DNA of 64,000 bases from an uncultured virus (IMG/VR IMGVR_UViG_3300043037_000115) (IMGVR_UViG_3300043037_000115); one strand, 5' to 3'. Shown: positions 37,801-46,493, counted from the stretch's first letter. Notes: generated by a model not told the origin, from the sequence alone. A program made the numbers and translations.

Positions 37801-38100
37801 TTAAGAACCATCAACCGTCCAAAACTCCGGGGACTGATGCGAATAGAACGCAACGCCCTCAGCCATTGCGCGGGATAAATCTACAACCATCTTCAACGCT
37901 TTGTTATCGTCAGCCTCCAGCGTAACGGGACTGTATTTATACCCCTTGCCGTCGTAGCAGAGGGTACAATGCAATCCCACAACACTTGTCACGGCAGGTA
38001 TAGGCCCACAACACAGGGGGATTGCGCCATTACCACACTTTGTATCAATCCGGACAATGCCATTGCGGCAAATACTGGCGACTACCTTTTGGGTGCTCAT
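37801..38100 (-). CDS. Hypothetical early protein
   Basis: GAGGAG RBS before MSTQK. Confidence 0.5.
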   Translation of the reverse strand: MSTQKVVASICRNGIVRIDTKCGNGAIPLCCGPIPAVTSVVGLHCTLCYDGKGYKYSPVTLEADDNKALKMVVDLSRAMAEGVAFYSHQSPEFWTVDGS

Positions 38101-38351
38101 GCCACGCTCCTCTGTTGCAAATCCGCCGGCAAGCTCAGCACATCTGCAGGGCATCCCATCTCCAGCAAGGCTTTCAGAACCTTGCGGTGATTGCGTCTGC
38201 CTCTTACCGTTGCCGCAACAGCCTGAGGGCTAACCCCGACCTGTCGTGCAACATCAGTCATTGACAATCCGCGTGCGTCCAGAAATTCTCTGATCCGATA
38301 CGGCTGACGGTGTATTCCGGCTCCGGTTGCCGCATGTGCATTCCCAATCAT
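38097..38351 (-). CDS. Ner/Cro-like HTH regulator
   Basis: GLSMTDVARQVGVSPQAVAATVRG. Confidence 0.75.
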   Translation of the reverse strand: MIGNAHAATGAGIHRQPYRIREFLDARGLSMTDVARQVGVSPQAVAATVRGRRNHRKVLKALLEMGCPADVLSLPADLQQRSVA

Positions 38352-38797
38352 CGAATTGACTCCAGTTGTTTTTTACGACGCTGTAACGCTTTGATCTGGT
38401 CTTCAACTTCCGCCTGCTCCAGACGCAGCCTCTGCGACTCATCAATCACAGTGCCACCATGCACGGCAGCCTGAACCGCCAAAGGCTCAAGACTGCCAAC
38501 AACGTCACAAAAGACAGCTAATGCACGATGGCTAGGCATATGTTCAGGGGATGAAGGAGATAACCACTTTGCCAGAATCTGATCTGAAAGCTGCTTGGCG
38601 TTTCCACCGGTAAGACGCACGCCCGCCTGCAATGCCAGTGCGTTCATGCGGTCAACAACCTCCTCACGCGAAACCCTGTTGCGGCTACAAAAATGCTTAC
38701 AGGCTTCGTTCATGGCAGATTTGATTTCCCTGTCTAGCAGGGCAACCCTGTTTGCCACGTTGTCGAAGAGGGAAAGCTGCTTCATTTCTCCGTCCAT
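38348..38797 (-). CDS. Phage regulatory protein (CII-like)
   Basis: First gene of the early operon; SREEVVDRM..LAKWLSP pattern. Confidence 0.55.
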   Translation of the reverse strand: MDGEMKQLSLFDNVANRVALLDREIKSAMNEACKHFCSRNRVSREEVVDRMNALALQAGVRLTGGNAKQLSDQILAKWLSPSSPEHMPSHRALAVFCDVVGSLEPLAVQAAVHGGTVIDESQRLRLEQAEVEDQIKALQRRKKQLESIR

Positions 38798-38813
38798 CAA
38801 AGTCACATTTGGC

Positions 38814-39060
38814 GTCAAAATTTAGTAAAAAATGGGACGTTGACCGTTGCATGGAGCGGCTGTAAACTGAGGTTGAACTTGTATCTCCGTTTATCAACCG
38901 CCCATGTCTTCTTTTAGGTCAAAATACTGTCCATATCAAGCAGAAAAATGGGTAAAGGTTTGATTTCTGCCTTGCGTGCTGTTTTTCTAGTCAAAAGAGC
39001 TAATTAGTACACAGCGCGCAATTTTGTACAAAGTAAGACTTAATCCGCGGAACATTTACC
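38814..39060. promoter_or_regulatory. Divergent repressor/early control region
   Basis: AT-rich; GTCAAAA repeated at 38814, 38918 and 38990. Confidence 0.5.
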
Positions 39061-39061
39061 C

Positions 39062-39826
39062 ATGAAAACGCTAGGTTCAAGAATAAGAGCCGCAAGGGGC
39101 GCAACCTCTCAGGATGCCTTCTCCAAGCAACTCAAGATCAGTAAGGGTTCCCTTGGATTTTACGAGCGGGACGAAAATCTGCCCAACACAGATGTGGCAC
39201 TAAAAATCTGTTCAGAAACTGGAGTCCGCTTAGAGTGGCTTCTGTTAGGGCACGGCCCTATGTATGATCATGAACGAACGGCAATAGAGCATGCACGATC
39301 CGGCATTGCGAAAGCTGGTGATCCTCTTTCTTTGGTGAAGCTCAACGAGCCGGCGCCCTTTGATGAAAGGGCACTGAATCGCTGTCCCCAACAACCAAAG
39401 GAAGGTGTTGAAACGGTTTGGATTCCTCGTTTGAAGGCTCGTCTCAGTGCGGGGGGCGGCAGCTTTGAAGTGGAAACGGAGTGCAACGGTAAGTTTGCGT
39501 TTCGTAAAGACTGGATTCGCACAAAGGGAAATGCGAATGACATGGTGCTGATGGAGGTTTCAGGCGACAGCATGGAGCCGGATATATGCGATGGGGACAT
39601 GGTATTGATTGATCAGAGTAAGAACCAAGTCATCGCCGGCGGCATATTTGCTGTCGGCGTCGAAGAGACTATCATGGTCAAACAATTAGATATGGAGCCT
39701 GGCACTCTCGTCATCCGTTCAAAAAACAAAAGATACCAAGATATAAAAATACCACGCGGGAGCGACCTGGCGGAAAACGTTCGCGTTATAGGTCGCGTTA
39801 TTTGGTGGTGTCGAGAGGCCCGTTAG
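39062..39826 (+). CDS. CI-like repressor (HTH plus S24 peptidase)
   Basis: N-terminal HTH; SAGGG cleavage site, GDSMEP serine, VKQL lysine. Confidence 0.93.
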   Translation: MKTLGSRIRAARGATSQDAFSKQLKISKGSLGFYERDENLPNTDVALKICSETGVRLEWLLLGHGPMYDHERTAIEHARSGIAKAGDPLSLVKLNEPAPFDERALNRCPQQPKEGVETVWIPRLKARLSAGGGSFEVETECNGKFAFRKDWIRTKGNANDMVLMEVSGDSMEPDICDGDMVLIDQSKNQVIAGGIFAVGVEETIMVKQLDMEPGTLVIRSKNKRYQDIKIPRGSDLAENVRVIGRVIWWCREAR

Positions 39827-39843
39827 AGCCGCACTTAGGTAAT

Positions 39844-39879
39844 AAAAAAAGCAGGTGCCCAAACAGCGCCTGCTTTTTT
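39844..39879. terminator. Bidirectional intrinsic terminator after the repressor
   Basis: AAAAAAAGCAGG...CCTGCTTTTTT. Confidence 0.75.
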
Positions 39880-39897
39880 ATTATTCTTAACCAAAGT

Positions 39898-40065
39898 TGT
39901 GCCAAAAGTTGCGCAGCTTTTTCCATTTTTTTATATTTTCTTCACAAATGCCATTGCGCGCGATTCGACACGTCAAATACGACTAATAGTCCGTTTTAGC
40001 TAAAGAAAAAGCACACGCAAGCCTCTCTGGCGTATGTGCCAAATTAACTAGCTCCCCACAGGGAA
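39898..40065 (-). repeat. Prophage 1 left end (TG at 40060 on -) with TGTGCCAAA sites and target duplication GGGAA
   Basis: TGTGGG-N10-ATTTGGCAC on the - strand; TGTGCCAAA at 39898 and 40035. Confidence 0.85.
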
Positions 40066-40160
40066 CCTTGGGTTTTCTTGTCGAGGTCCCATGAGTGTAA
40101 GCTGACACTCTATTTGAGAATTTTGCCATTTCAAAATGGGAAATTCGAGAGTTAAAATTT

Positions 40161-40188
40161 GGTGCCCCGGTCGGTATTCCGGGGCACC
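40161..40188. terminator. Hairpin/terminator after the formyltransferase gene
   Basis: GGTGCCCCGG-tcggtatt-CCGGGGCACC. Confidence 0.6.
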
Positions 40189-40193
40189 TGTTT

Positions 40194-40784
40194 TTAGATT
40201 GTATTTTTGAGAGGCTCACGGGCCAATGCTGGCTCCCATGTGGCGCATCGTTCATCTTGCCGCATTGTATGCAAGGTGCCATCTCTTACAAGCCGTGTGA
40301 CGGCCTGGGTGAGAAGGCGCACCCCCATTGGCCCCAGAGAGCGCCGCCACAAGGTCTGTGGGGTATCGTTCGGCAGAACATGGCACCAGTCTTGGCAGAC
40401 AATGTCTCCGGTATCAACACCATCGTCCATCAGATAAACAGAGCCACCGGCTATGGGATCACGCATGGCCAGCGTCCAGTGGATTGCGTTACGCCCGCGG
40501 TGCCTTGGGAGCAGCGACGGGTGATAGGCGAGAATCCCGTGTCGGGCTTTGAGTAAAGCCCCCGCACCGATATAACGATGGCAGTGGGCTGCCACCATGA
40601 GGTCGCAGTGCGGCAGATGTTTAAGGTTTGGTATGACCGGAACCCCCGCGTGCTTCAGGGCAAGCATAAAGCGGTCATCAGTTTTTTCCGGTGAAGCGGC
40701 CACAATACTAAGGGCCGGTATTCTGCCTAGCGCGTGCAAAACCTCTGTGGCCAACCAGCCTTGTCCTAAGATGGCCACCTTCAT
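40194..40784 (-). CDS. Formyltransferase-family (10-formyl-THF-binding) protein
   Basis: YHPSLLPRHRG and DDGVDTGDI motifs. Confidence 0.9.
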   Translation of the reverse strand: MKVAILGQGWLATEVLHALGRIPALSIVAASPEKTDDRFMLALKHAGVPVIPNLKHLPHCDLMVAAHCHRYIGAGALLKARHGILAYHPSLLPRHRGRNAIHWTLAMRDPIAGGSVYLMDDGVDTGDIVCQDWCHVLPNDTPQTLWRRSLGPMGVRLLTQAVTRLVRDGTLHTMRQDERCATWEPALAREPLKNTI

Positions 40785-41905
40785 GGGCGATCTCCCATGT
40801 AGCGAAAGCCCTGTACCGCCCGGAAGTGACCTCCATAACCCGATTTTGGGGACTGCTTTCCCCTCTTGCGGGCGCTTCTGGCTATACTCTCCCGGCTTCG
40901 AATCTTACTTTCACCATGCAGCCGGGCGCTGACCTGGCACCATTCCGGTCGACGGCGCAGGGCAACCGCAAGGCCGGGGTGTGAAGTATGAAACAAAACG
41001 GGCATTGGTATACCATAGCGGTTTTTGCCTCGCCGCCACATATCGCATACGGCATTCAGAAAACGCAGGCCGACCCCGGCTCCTTGCCATTCTGGCATAA
41101 CAACCAGCCGGCAGGCCCGCGCTTCGTAACGTGACCGGGTGCTCACCGCCAGATGCGCCACCGGTATACCGTCAATGAAGCCCACATAGCATGTTGCCGC
41201 AATCATTTGTGGTAGTTTTAAATAATGATGCGGCGCAAAGTATGGCCACCACTCCCAGCCGCATTGTCGGATTTCCAGTGTAATTGGGGGGCGTGGAAGG
41301 CACCCCCGTGCAAGTTGGCCGGTCGCCGTATCAAACATCCAGTCAGGTTGCACCCACTCTACGATGTCGTAATGGCAGGATAGCAATACGGCTTGCCCAC
41401 CGGTCCTGCGCCACGCCTTTGCAAAAGCATGGGCGCCGACCTTTGCTATCTGCCGGTCAACCACAGAGGTGAACTCGTCGATAACGATCTTTGCGGGCGG
41501 CTCACTGATTATGCGGGCCAGTTCAGCCCGGAAGCGTTCACCCATGGAAAGTACATGATAGGGCCGCAGCCATGAGGGCACATCTCCCAGCCCCACAGCC
41601 GAGAGCGCCCCCGTCACATCCTGCCAGTTTCCATCTTTGGCGATGGCGTCGATAATAGGGGCATCGGCGGGCCATGCGGATTCTTGGTGAAAACAAAAGC
41701 CTGCTTCACCCAACCGTTTTCCTATTGACGATTTGCCTGAACCCGACGGCCCTATAACGAGCCCTATCTGCCAGGGGACTTCTTCGACGGGCAAGTCCGC
41801 CTCAAGGGTGAAGTGGTTTCCCTGTTCCACATTAAAAAGGCTTTTAACGCTCGCGGCGCGGTAGCTGTTGTAGTCCGGGCAGGTGTTGTGCACTTTGATC
41901 CTCAT
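40781..41905 (-). CDS. ABC-ATPase fused to Mom-like GNAT acyltransferase
   Basis: GPSGSGKS, LSMGE, IVIDEF, LLSCH; then HHYL and RLVVMPEWQGAGVG. Confidence 0.88.
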   Translation of the reverse strand: MRIKVHNTCPDYNSYRAASVKSLFNVEQGNHFTLEADLPVEEVPWQIGLVIGPSGSGKSSIGKRLGEAGFCFHQESAWPADAPIIDAIAKDGNWQDVTGALSAVGLGDVPSWLRPYHVLSMGERFRAELARIISEPPAKIVIDEFTSVVDRQIAKVGAHAFAKAWRRTGGQAVLLSCHYDIVEWVQPDWMFDTATGQLARGCLPRPPITLEIRQCGWEWWPYFAPHHYLKLPQMIAATCYVGFIDGIPVAHLAVSTRSRYEARACRLVVMPEWQGAGVGLRFLNAVCDMWRRGKNRYGIPMPVLFHTSHPGLAVALRRRPEWCQVSARLHGESKIRSRESIARSARKRGKQSPKSGYGGHFRAVQGFRYMGDRP

Positions 41906-42078
41906 GTACGCACCACCTTGCATTTAAACCCAAGAGCTATCAGACGTTCATACACTTCTTTGTGCTCTGCCTCATCAGTGCAAAGTACAATCACACCAAA
42001 TTGTTCCCGGTAGCGCTCTGTTGCGGGGCGCCCTGGTGCCTCCTTCGGCAGAGATGGAAGCTTCCTTTCGTCAGTCAT
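41902..42078 (-). CDS. Small conserved-looking protein coupled to the ABC-GNAT gene
   Basis: 58 aa; ATGA overlap; QFGVIVLC.DE.EH..VYE.L..LG.KCKV. Confidence 0.7.
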   Translation of the reverse strand: MTDERKLPSLPKEAPGRPATERYREQFGVIVLCTDEAEHKEVYERLIALGFKCKVVRT

Positions 42079-42082
42079 GTAG

Positions 42083-42235
42083 TTATCCGTTTTGACGGTC
42101 CTGCCGTTCTGTCTTGGGGCTCTCGGCACTCACATGGTTGAATGTTCCACAACGCGGGCACTTGATTTCCAGCTCCGCGACCTCTCCCTTGGCCAACAGC
42201 TTATTGCAGTGGCCACAGCGTATCTCTTTTCTCAT
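42083..42235 (-). CDS. com: Com-family zinc-finger translational activator
   Basis: EIRCGHCNKLLA...EIKCPRCGTFN. Confidence 0.88.
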   Translation of the reverse strand: MRKEIRCGHCNKLLAKGEVAELEIKCPRCGTFNHVSAESPKTERQDRQNG

Positions 42236-42276
42236 TTTGGTTGTCAGATTGCTTGCCCCCGGATACAACCATTCCG

Positions 42277-42443
42277 GCCTGATCAGGCAACCGGAGCAGC
42301 GGTATATCTCTGCGGATGTGTCGCAAGCATCCGTGGGGCCGTGGTGCGGTGGGCGAACACCGCGCCGGTGGGGGATTGTGGTCCCCCGCCTGCTCCAACA
42401 GTATGTCAGCGGCCCGGCACCTACCGGGCCGCTTTCGTTTTTT
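42277..42443 (+). ncRNA. Candidate multi-stem ncRNA divergent from com
   Basis: TTGTCA-17-TACAAC promoter-like site, multi-helix junction with G-U pairs valid only on +, own terminator 42407-42443. Confidence 0.55.
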
Positions 42444-42506
42444 GCATCGCTATCAATTGTCAGAGAACACTAGAAGTTGCAGATTATTCCAACTTCACCA
42501 CACTCA

Positions 42507-43091
42507 TTAAGTATTGTTGACCTCCGGCAGTATGTAGACGGGGTTGATGCCCTGTATGGCATCTGCCACCTGCGCATCGTCCAGCCCCTGTGTTGCTTCC
42601 AGCGCATCCTGATAGGCAAGGCGCTGGCCTACCACATGGCCGGATACGGCAACCCATGCGGTGCGGTTGGCAAGGATACGGGCGGCAAGCTCACCCACGG
42701 GCATGCCCCGCGTGGCGGCAATGGCCCGCACCAGCGGGGCCGGTGCGTCCGCATCCGCCTGCAGGGCTTCGGCCTCTGCCGCCTGCTGGTCCCATGTCTG
42801 GCGTTCCAGCGGAGCGTATTCCGCGGCCAGCGCGGTCAGCATGGCTTCGGCCCCGTCGCGGATTTCCGCCTGTTTAGCCGTGTACAGTTCTGCGCGGGTA
42901 GGCGCAGGCGGTGCGGCGGGTGTTATGGCCACGGGACAGCCGTTTTCATCGGGCCGGATTATCTGCCCCCGCGCCTGTGCGGCCAGCAGTGTGGCATGGT
43001 CTTCGGGACTGACGGCCACGGCATCGGCGGGGATGCTGTTGCCGTGTATGTCGGGGTGATAAAAGCCGTTTGTTGAAGGGCTGTATTTCAT
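42507..43091 (-). CDS. Tail fibre assembly chaperone (near-identical to 24970-25548)
   Basis: Direct sequence comparison. Confidence 0.85.
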   Translation of the reverse strand: MKYSPSTNGFYHPDIHGNSIPADAVAVSPEDHATLLAAQARGQIIRPDENGCPVAITPAAPPAPTRAELYTAKQAEIRDGAEAMLTALAAEYAPLERQTWDQQAAEAEALQADADAPAPLVRAIAATRGMPVGELAARILANRTAWVAVSGHVVGQRLAYQDALEATQGLDDAQVADAIQGINPVYILPEVNNT

Positions 43092-44036
43092 TGTGCGGCC
43101 TCCTTAGTAGCCGATGGAAATGTATGAATATGGCATTACAGTTGAACCGGAGTGTTCTCCCTTCAGGGTGAACTTGCCTGCCATCCTGTTGTATACAGCG
43201 ATGGCGTCGTTGCCGACAGAACCGTAGTCAATGCCGATAACAGCAACGCAAGAAAGATGCGCGTTCGGGTAGGCGATCGGCAGCGTTACCTCTGTGGCGA
43301 CTCCAGTTGATACAGAACCGGTGCCCCACTGCAGAATCAGCCCGCTGGGCAGCCGTTGCCAGCCGCTTTCGCCCAGACTCTGCGTCCACTCGCTGCGGTC
43401 AACCTTGTTGCCGTTAATGGCGCTGACCTGTGCGGCAAGAGCCTGCATGTCCACCTGTGCGGTATTTACAGCCACATCAAAGGCTTTGATGCAGGGCAGC
43501 AGATAACTGGTTTTCGGGCGGTTTTCGTCGGCTGTGGGGACCACGCGGGAAGCGTCGAAAATGACGCGGTCAGCCCCTACATATACATTCTGGACGATGT
43601 TCTCCACGCGTCCCGCAAGGTCCTCTTGGTGCACCAGAAATGCGCCGGAGGCGGCTGCCGTGTCTCTGAGGCTGGGTAACAGCGCATTGGGGGATGTGCT
43701 GGACTTAAGCTCACCCGTAATATTCCGCATGGCATCACCGGCCCAGTCGCCTGCCGCTTTACCTGCCGCACCATTCTGCGCGGCCGAGAAGTAGTGCCGA
43801 TAACACGGCAGAATGATATGCGTATCCGTCAGGCAGTACTTGCCGCAGGAGCCTTCCTGTGCGGCGGCTTCTGCGTCCCATTCCGCCTCTGTGGCCAGAT
43901 AGCCCCCGCAGCTGCGCACCCACGCTTCCAGCTGGGGGTAGGTGCCCAGTGTAAATTTTTGTTTAACATTGACCGCCACTGTGCCGGGCAGCGGTGTGCC
44001 GGTGGTGGAAAAAAGCAATGCGCCCACAGGCATACC
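42521..44036 (-). repeat. Copy 2 of the ~1.5-kb inverted repeat
   Basis: See 24025-25540. Confidence 0.95.
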
Positions 44037-44699
44037 CGCAACAGCGCCCCACGCAAGGCCTCCATCTGTCTGCTTGATGATTGTCTGCCCCGGATCGCCA
44101 CCAGGCGGCAGCGTTGCATGCGGGTCGTTTTGGTCCCCGATGTGGTCATCAAGAGCTTTAAAAACGTTACCGTGGGCGTTGGGACTGACGTTGTGTGCCG
44201 CAACTGCCTCATCCACGGCCTGTTGCGTGGCAAGAACTTTAGACGGATCAATGGTCAGCGCAAGGGTAGCGGCGTTACCAAAAACCACAGGGGCATAAAT
44301 GGTATGCTCCAGCTTGGTGGGGTCGTCCGGCGAGGGTTTCCACATGACAGGATGTGCACCAATGGCCAGCAGCACATCATCCGCATAGATAGCAACTTCA
44401 CGAATATACCAGCCACCTGTTGTCATGGGGATGTGGGCGCGGAATTCCACGGCCTGCCCGCTTTCCGTCTGCCCGTCTTCTCGCAGGGTGATGGCATCCA
44501 GCGCGCCGCGCCAAACTTCATTGACGAGCGCCGTGGATGCGTTGGTGTGTTCCGGGGGCTGGCCCGAGCCGTCGCCTACGGCCATATGGGTAGCCTGCAG
44601 CTTCGCGCCTGACGTTTCTGCCGCACTCAGGGCCAACAAGCCCGCTTTAGTAATGATAAGGCTCACGGTGCTCTCCTTATAATCTGATTCTGCTGACAA
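43104..44699 (-). CDS. Tail fibre (P2 gpH-like N-terminus; C-terminus shared with prophage 1)
   Basis: IITKAG..MAVGDGSG..LVNEVWR..GGWYIREV N-terminus. Confidence 0.9.
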   Translation of the reverse strand: MSAESDYKESTVSLIITKAGLLALSAAETSGAKLQATHMAVGDGSGQPPEHTNASTALVNEVWRGALDAITLREDGQTESGQAVEFRAHIPMTTGGWYIREVAIYADDVLLAIGAHPVMWKPSPDDPTKLEHTIYAPVVFGNAATLALTIDPSKVLATQQAVDEAVAAHNVSPNAHGNVFKALDDHIGDQNDPHATLPPGGDPGQTIIKQTDGGLAWGAVAGMPVGALLFSTTGTPLPGTVAVNVKQKFTLGTYPQLEAWVRSCGGYLATEAEWDAEAAAQEGSCGKYCLTDTHIILPCYRHYFSAAQNGAAGKAAGDWAGDAMRNITGELKSSTSPNALLPSLRDTAAASGAFLVHQEDLAGRVENIVQNVYVGADRVIFDASRVVPTADENRPKTSYLLPCIKAFDVAVNTAQVDMQALAAQVSAINGNKVDRSEWTQSLGESGWQRLPSGLILQWGTGSVSTGVATEVTLPIAYPNAHLSCVAVIGIDYGSVGNDAIAVYNRMAGKFTLKGEHSGSTVMPYSYISIGY

Positions 44700-45324
44700 T
44701 ATGCATGTGCCAGGCTATCCGGACGGCCCCGGCGACCTTGGTAGAGTCCGGGCGCTCGTATTCCAGCCGCACCACGGAGGACAGCACGAGCGCCATGGCG
44801 CTGTGCGTCGCGGCATTGGCGGCTCTGTGGCGGGTGTTCAGCCCCGCCAGTTTGGAGCGGGCCGGTTTGGTTTCCTGCGCTGCCCATGTGATGAGCGCGT
44901 AATCCTGCATGTCCAGCCCGCTGCCGACCGGCACAACGGGCATGAACTCGGCCCAGCGCTCCGGGTCGTCATCACGCATGTTACGGATGGAGCATCCCGG
45001 ATAGCCGTAGTGTTCCAGTATGCGGGACATGCCGCGCACCTTGCCCGCCTGCCGATGCCACGCGTAGGCTGTAACGGCTCTGTTGCGGAACTGCGCGGCC
45101 GTTTCCAGCGGGTGGCGCTCAATGCCGCGTCCGGACGCCAGATCATCAACGCCATCAGCTTCACAGGTGGCGGGGTTGAGCTGATCCCGAAGCCAGAGGA
45201 TGTCCTCGCGCACGTCGTCAAAGACACGGGCTATCCCCTCGACCAACGCCGCCAGCGGTCCGGGGCGAAAGATGAGCGGCCAGCGCAGCACATCTCGGAA
45301 GTATGGCCAGAAAACGCGGGCCAT
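44677..45324 (-). CDS. Baseplate tail protein I-like
   Basis: RGIER..ET..FRNR, WAEF, KPARS motifs; follows gpJ. Confidence 0.75.
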   Translation of the reverse strand: MARVFWPYFRDVLRWPLIFRPGPLAALVEGIARVFDDVREDILWLRDQLNPATCEADGVDDLASGRGIERHPLETAAQFRNRAVTAYAWHRQAGKVRGMSRILEHYGYPGCSIRNMRDDDPERWAEFMPVVPVGSGLDMQDYALITWAAQETKPARSKLAGLNTRHRAANAATHSAMALVLSSVVRLEYERPDSTKVAGAVRIAWHMHIVSRIRL

Positions 45325-46493
45325 TATGCAGCTTCCTCCATATGGCTGAGCGTCAATGATTGCAGAATGGCCAAACCGTCGTCGGGCACGACCACATCCG
45401 CTGCGGGGCCGGTCCATTCCACACGTTTGACACCGGGTACCGCCATGACCGCGGCTGTAAGGCGGTCCAATGTCAGATCTTCTCCAATCTGCAGGGGAGA
45501 TATGCCCGCGACGGTAGTCGGGTCCGTGAACAGCGCACGAATGCGCTTTTCCGCTGCTCCCAGCGCGGTTTCAACTACCGTGCCCGGTAACAGGAACAGA
45601 GTTCCGGTAATCGCCGCCGCAATGGCCTGCGGGGCTTTGACAAGCAGGTCGTCATTTACGAAAACCTCGGCATCGATGGCGGCCCGCACCTTATCCAGCA
45701 GGTCGGTGGTAGGAATGCCAGCCGCGCCTTTGATGATCGCGTCCACGGTGCCTTGACCACGGGGATGTTGATCCAGCACGGTACAGGCCACCACGCCGGT
45801 TACTCCCAGCGCGGCCCGCTTGTAGACGTGATATGAGGAACCGTTGTTGCCCTGCCATGCCAAGGGGTAACGGGCCTGTACCAGCCTGTCCGGTTCGGTA
45901 TCCGCGCCTTCGGTATCCAGCCAATCGGCCCGGACTTCCACGGCGGTAATGCCCTTGACCGGAGTAATGAGCTCCAGCGCCTGTCCCGCGGTCAGGTTGG
46001 CGGCGGCTCCGTACTCCTCGGCGACAACAGCCACGGCCACTTCGGTCTGGCCCTCAGCTATAACCGTGTCGGCAATAGAGATGTAACGGTATGTTGCGCC
46101 GGTGCCATCCGGCATGGTGCGTACAATGCGGCCTGCGGGAATAAGCGTGTTGCCCTGCGCGGTCTGGCGGATAAACCGTAATTTGCCCGTGGCCTTGGTG
46201 GCCTGCTTGCGCGGTTGCTCGACCTGATCTGCGTGCAGGTCCAGCCATTCACCGCTGGCCTGCTTGGGGATGCCCTCCACAAGAATGGCGGCAAGAAACT
46301 GGTACAGCTGATACAGCCCCCATGCGAAAATCTCGATCAGGCCGCGCACCACGCCCTTGTTCAGGTTCAGGCGCAACGGCAGCCATCCCTTGGCCTGATA
46401 CTCGTCCTGCACTTCTTCGATACGGGCAAAGAGCATCTGGCGGCATTCATCAAGCGTTTTAGAGAGTCGAGGCGTCTGGGCGGACATCGGCAA
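45324..46493 (-). CDS. Baseplate J-like protein
   Basis: ASGEWLDLHA, GADTEPD, PRGQGTVD motifs. Confidence 0.88.
   Translation of the reverse strand: MPMSAQTPRLSKTLDECRQMLFARIEEVQDEYQAKGWLPLRLNLNKGVVRGLIEIFAWGLYQLYQFLAAILVEGIPKQASGEWLDLHADQVEQPRKQATKATGKLRFIRQTAQGNTLIPAGRIVRTMPDGTGATYRYISIADTVIAEGQTEVAVAVVAEEYGAAANLTAGQALELITPVKGITAVEVRADWLDTEGADTEPDRLVQARYPLAWQGNNGSSYHVYKRAALGVTGVVACTVLDQHPRGQGTVDAIIKGAAGIPTTDLLDKVRAAIDAEVFVNDDLLVKAPQAIAAAITGTLFLLPGTVVETALGAAEKRIRALFTDPTTVAGISPLQIGEDLTLDRLTAAVMAVPGVKRVEWTGPAADVVVPDDGLAILQSLTLSHMEEAA

Larger units (their letters stand above)
28054..40060 (-). mobile_element. Prophage 1 early/lysis region and left end
   Basis: Repressor, ner-like gene, transposase A, B ATPase, gemA, mor, lysis genes; ends ...CCCCACA|GGGAA. 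Confidence 0.92.

Noticed and set aside
40194..40784. Housekeeping methionyl-tRNA formyltransferase (fmt)
   Set aside because: Only 196 aa, lacks the C-terminal tRNA-binding domain, and lies inside a prophage operon
40781..41905. ABC transporter
   Set aside because: No permease or binding protein; the ATPase is fused to a GNAT domain in a com operon
24025..44036. Diversity-generating retroelement (TR/VR pair)
   Set aside because: No reverse transcriptase in the window; the repeat is 1.5 kb, both copies are coding, differences are not adenine-specific and the C-terminal tip is identical
23530..44699. Gin-type invertible tail-fibre cassette
   Set aside because: No serine invertase and no short gix-like sites; the oppositely oriented fibres belong to two different prophages and share rather than alternate their tips
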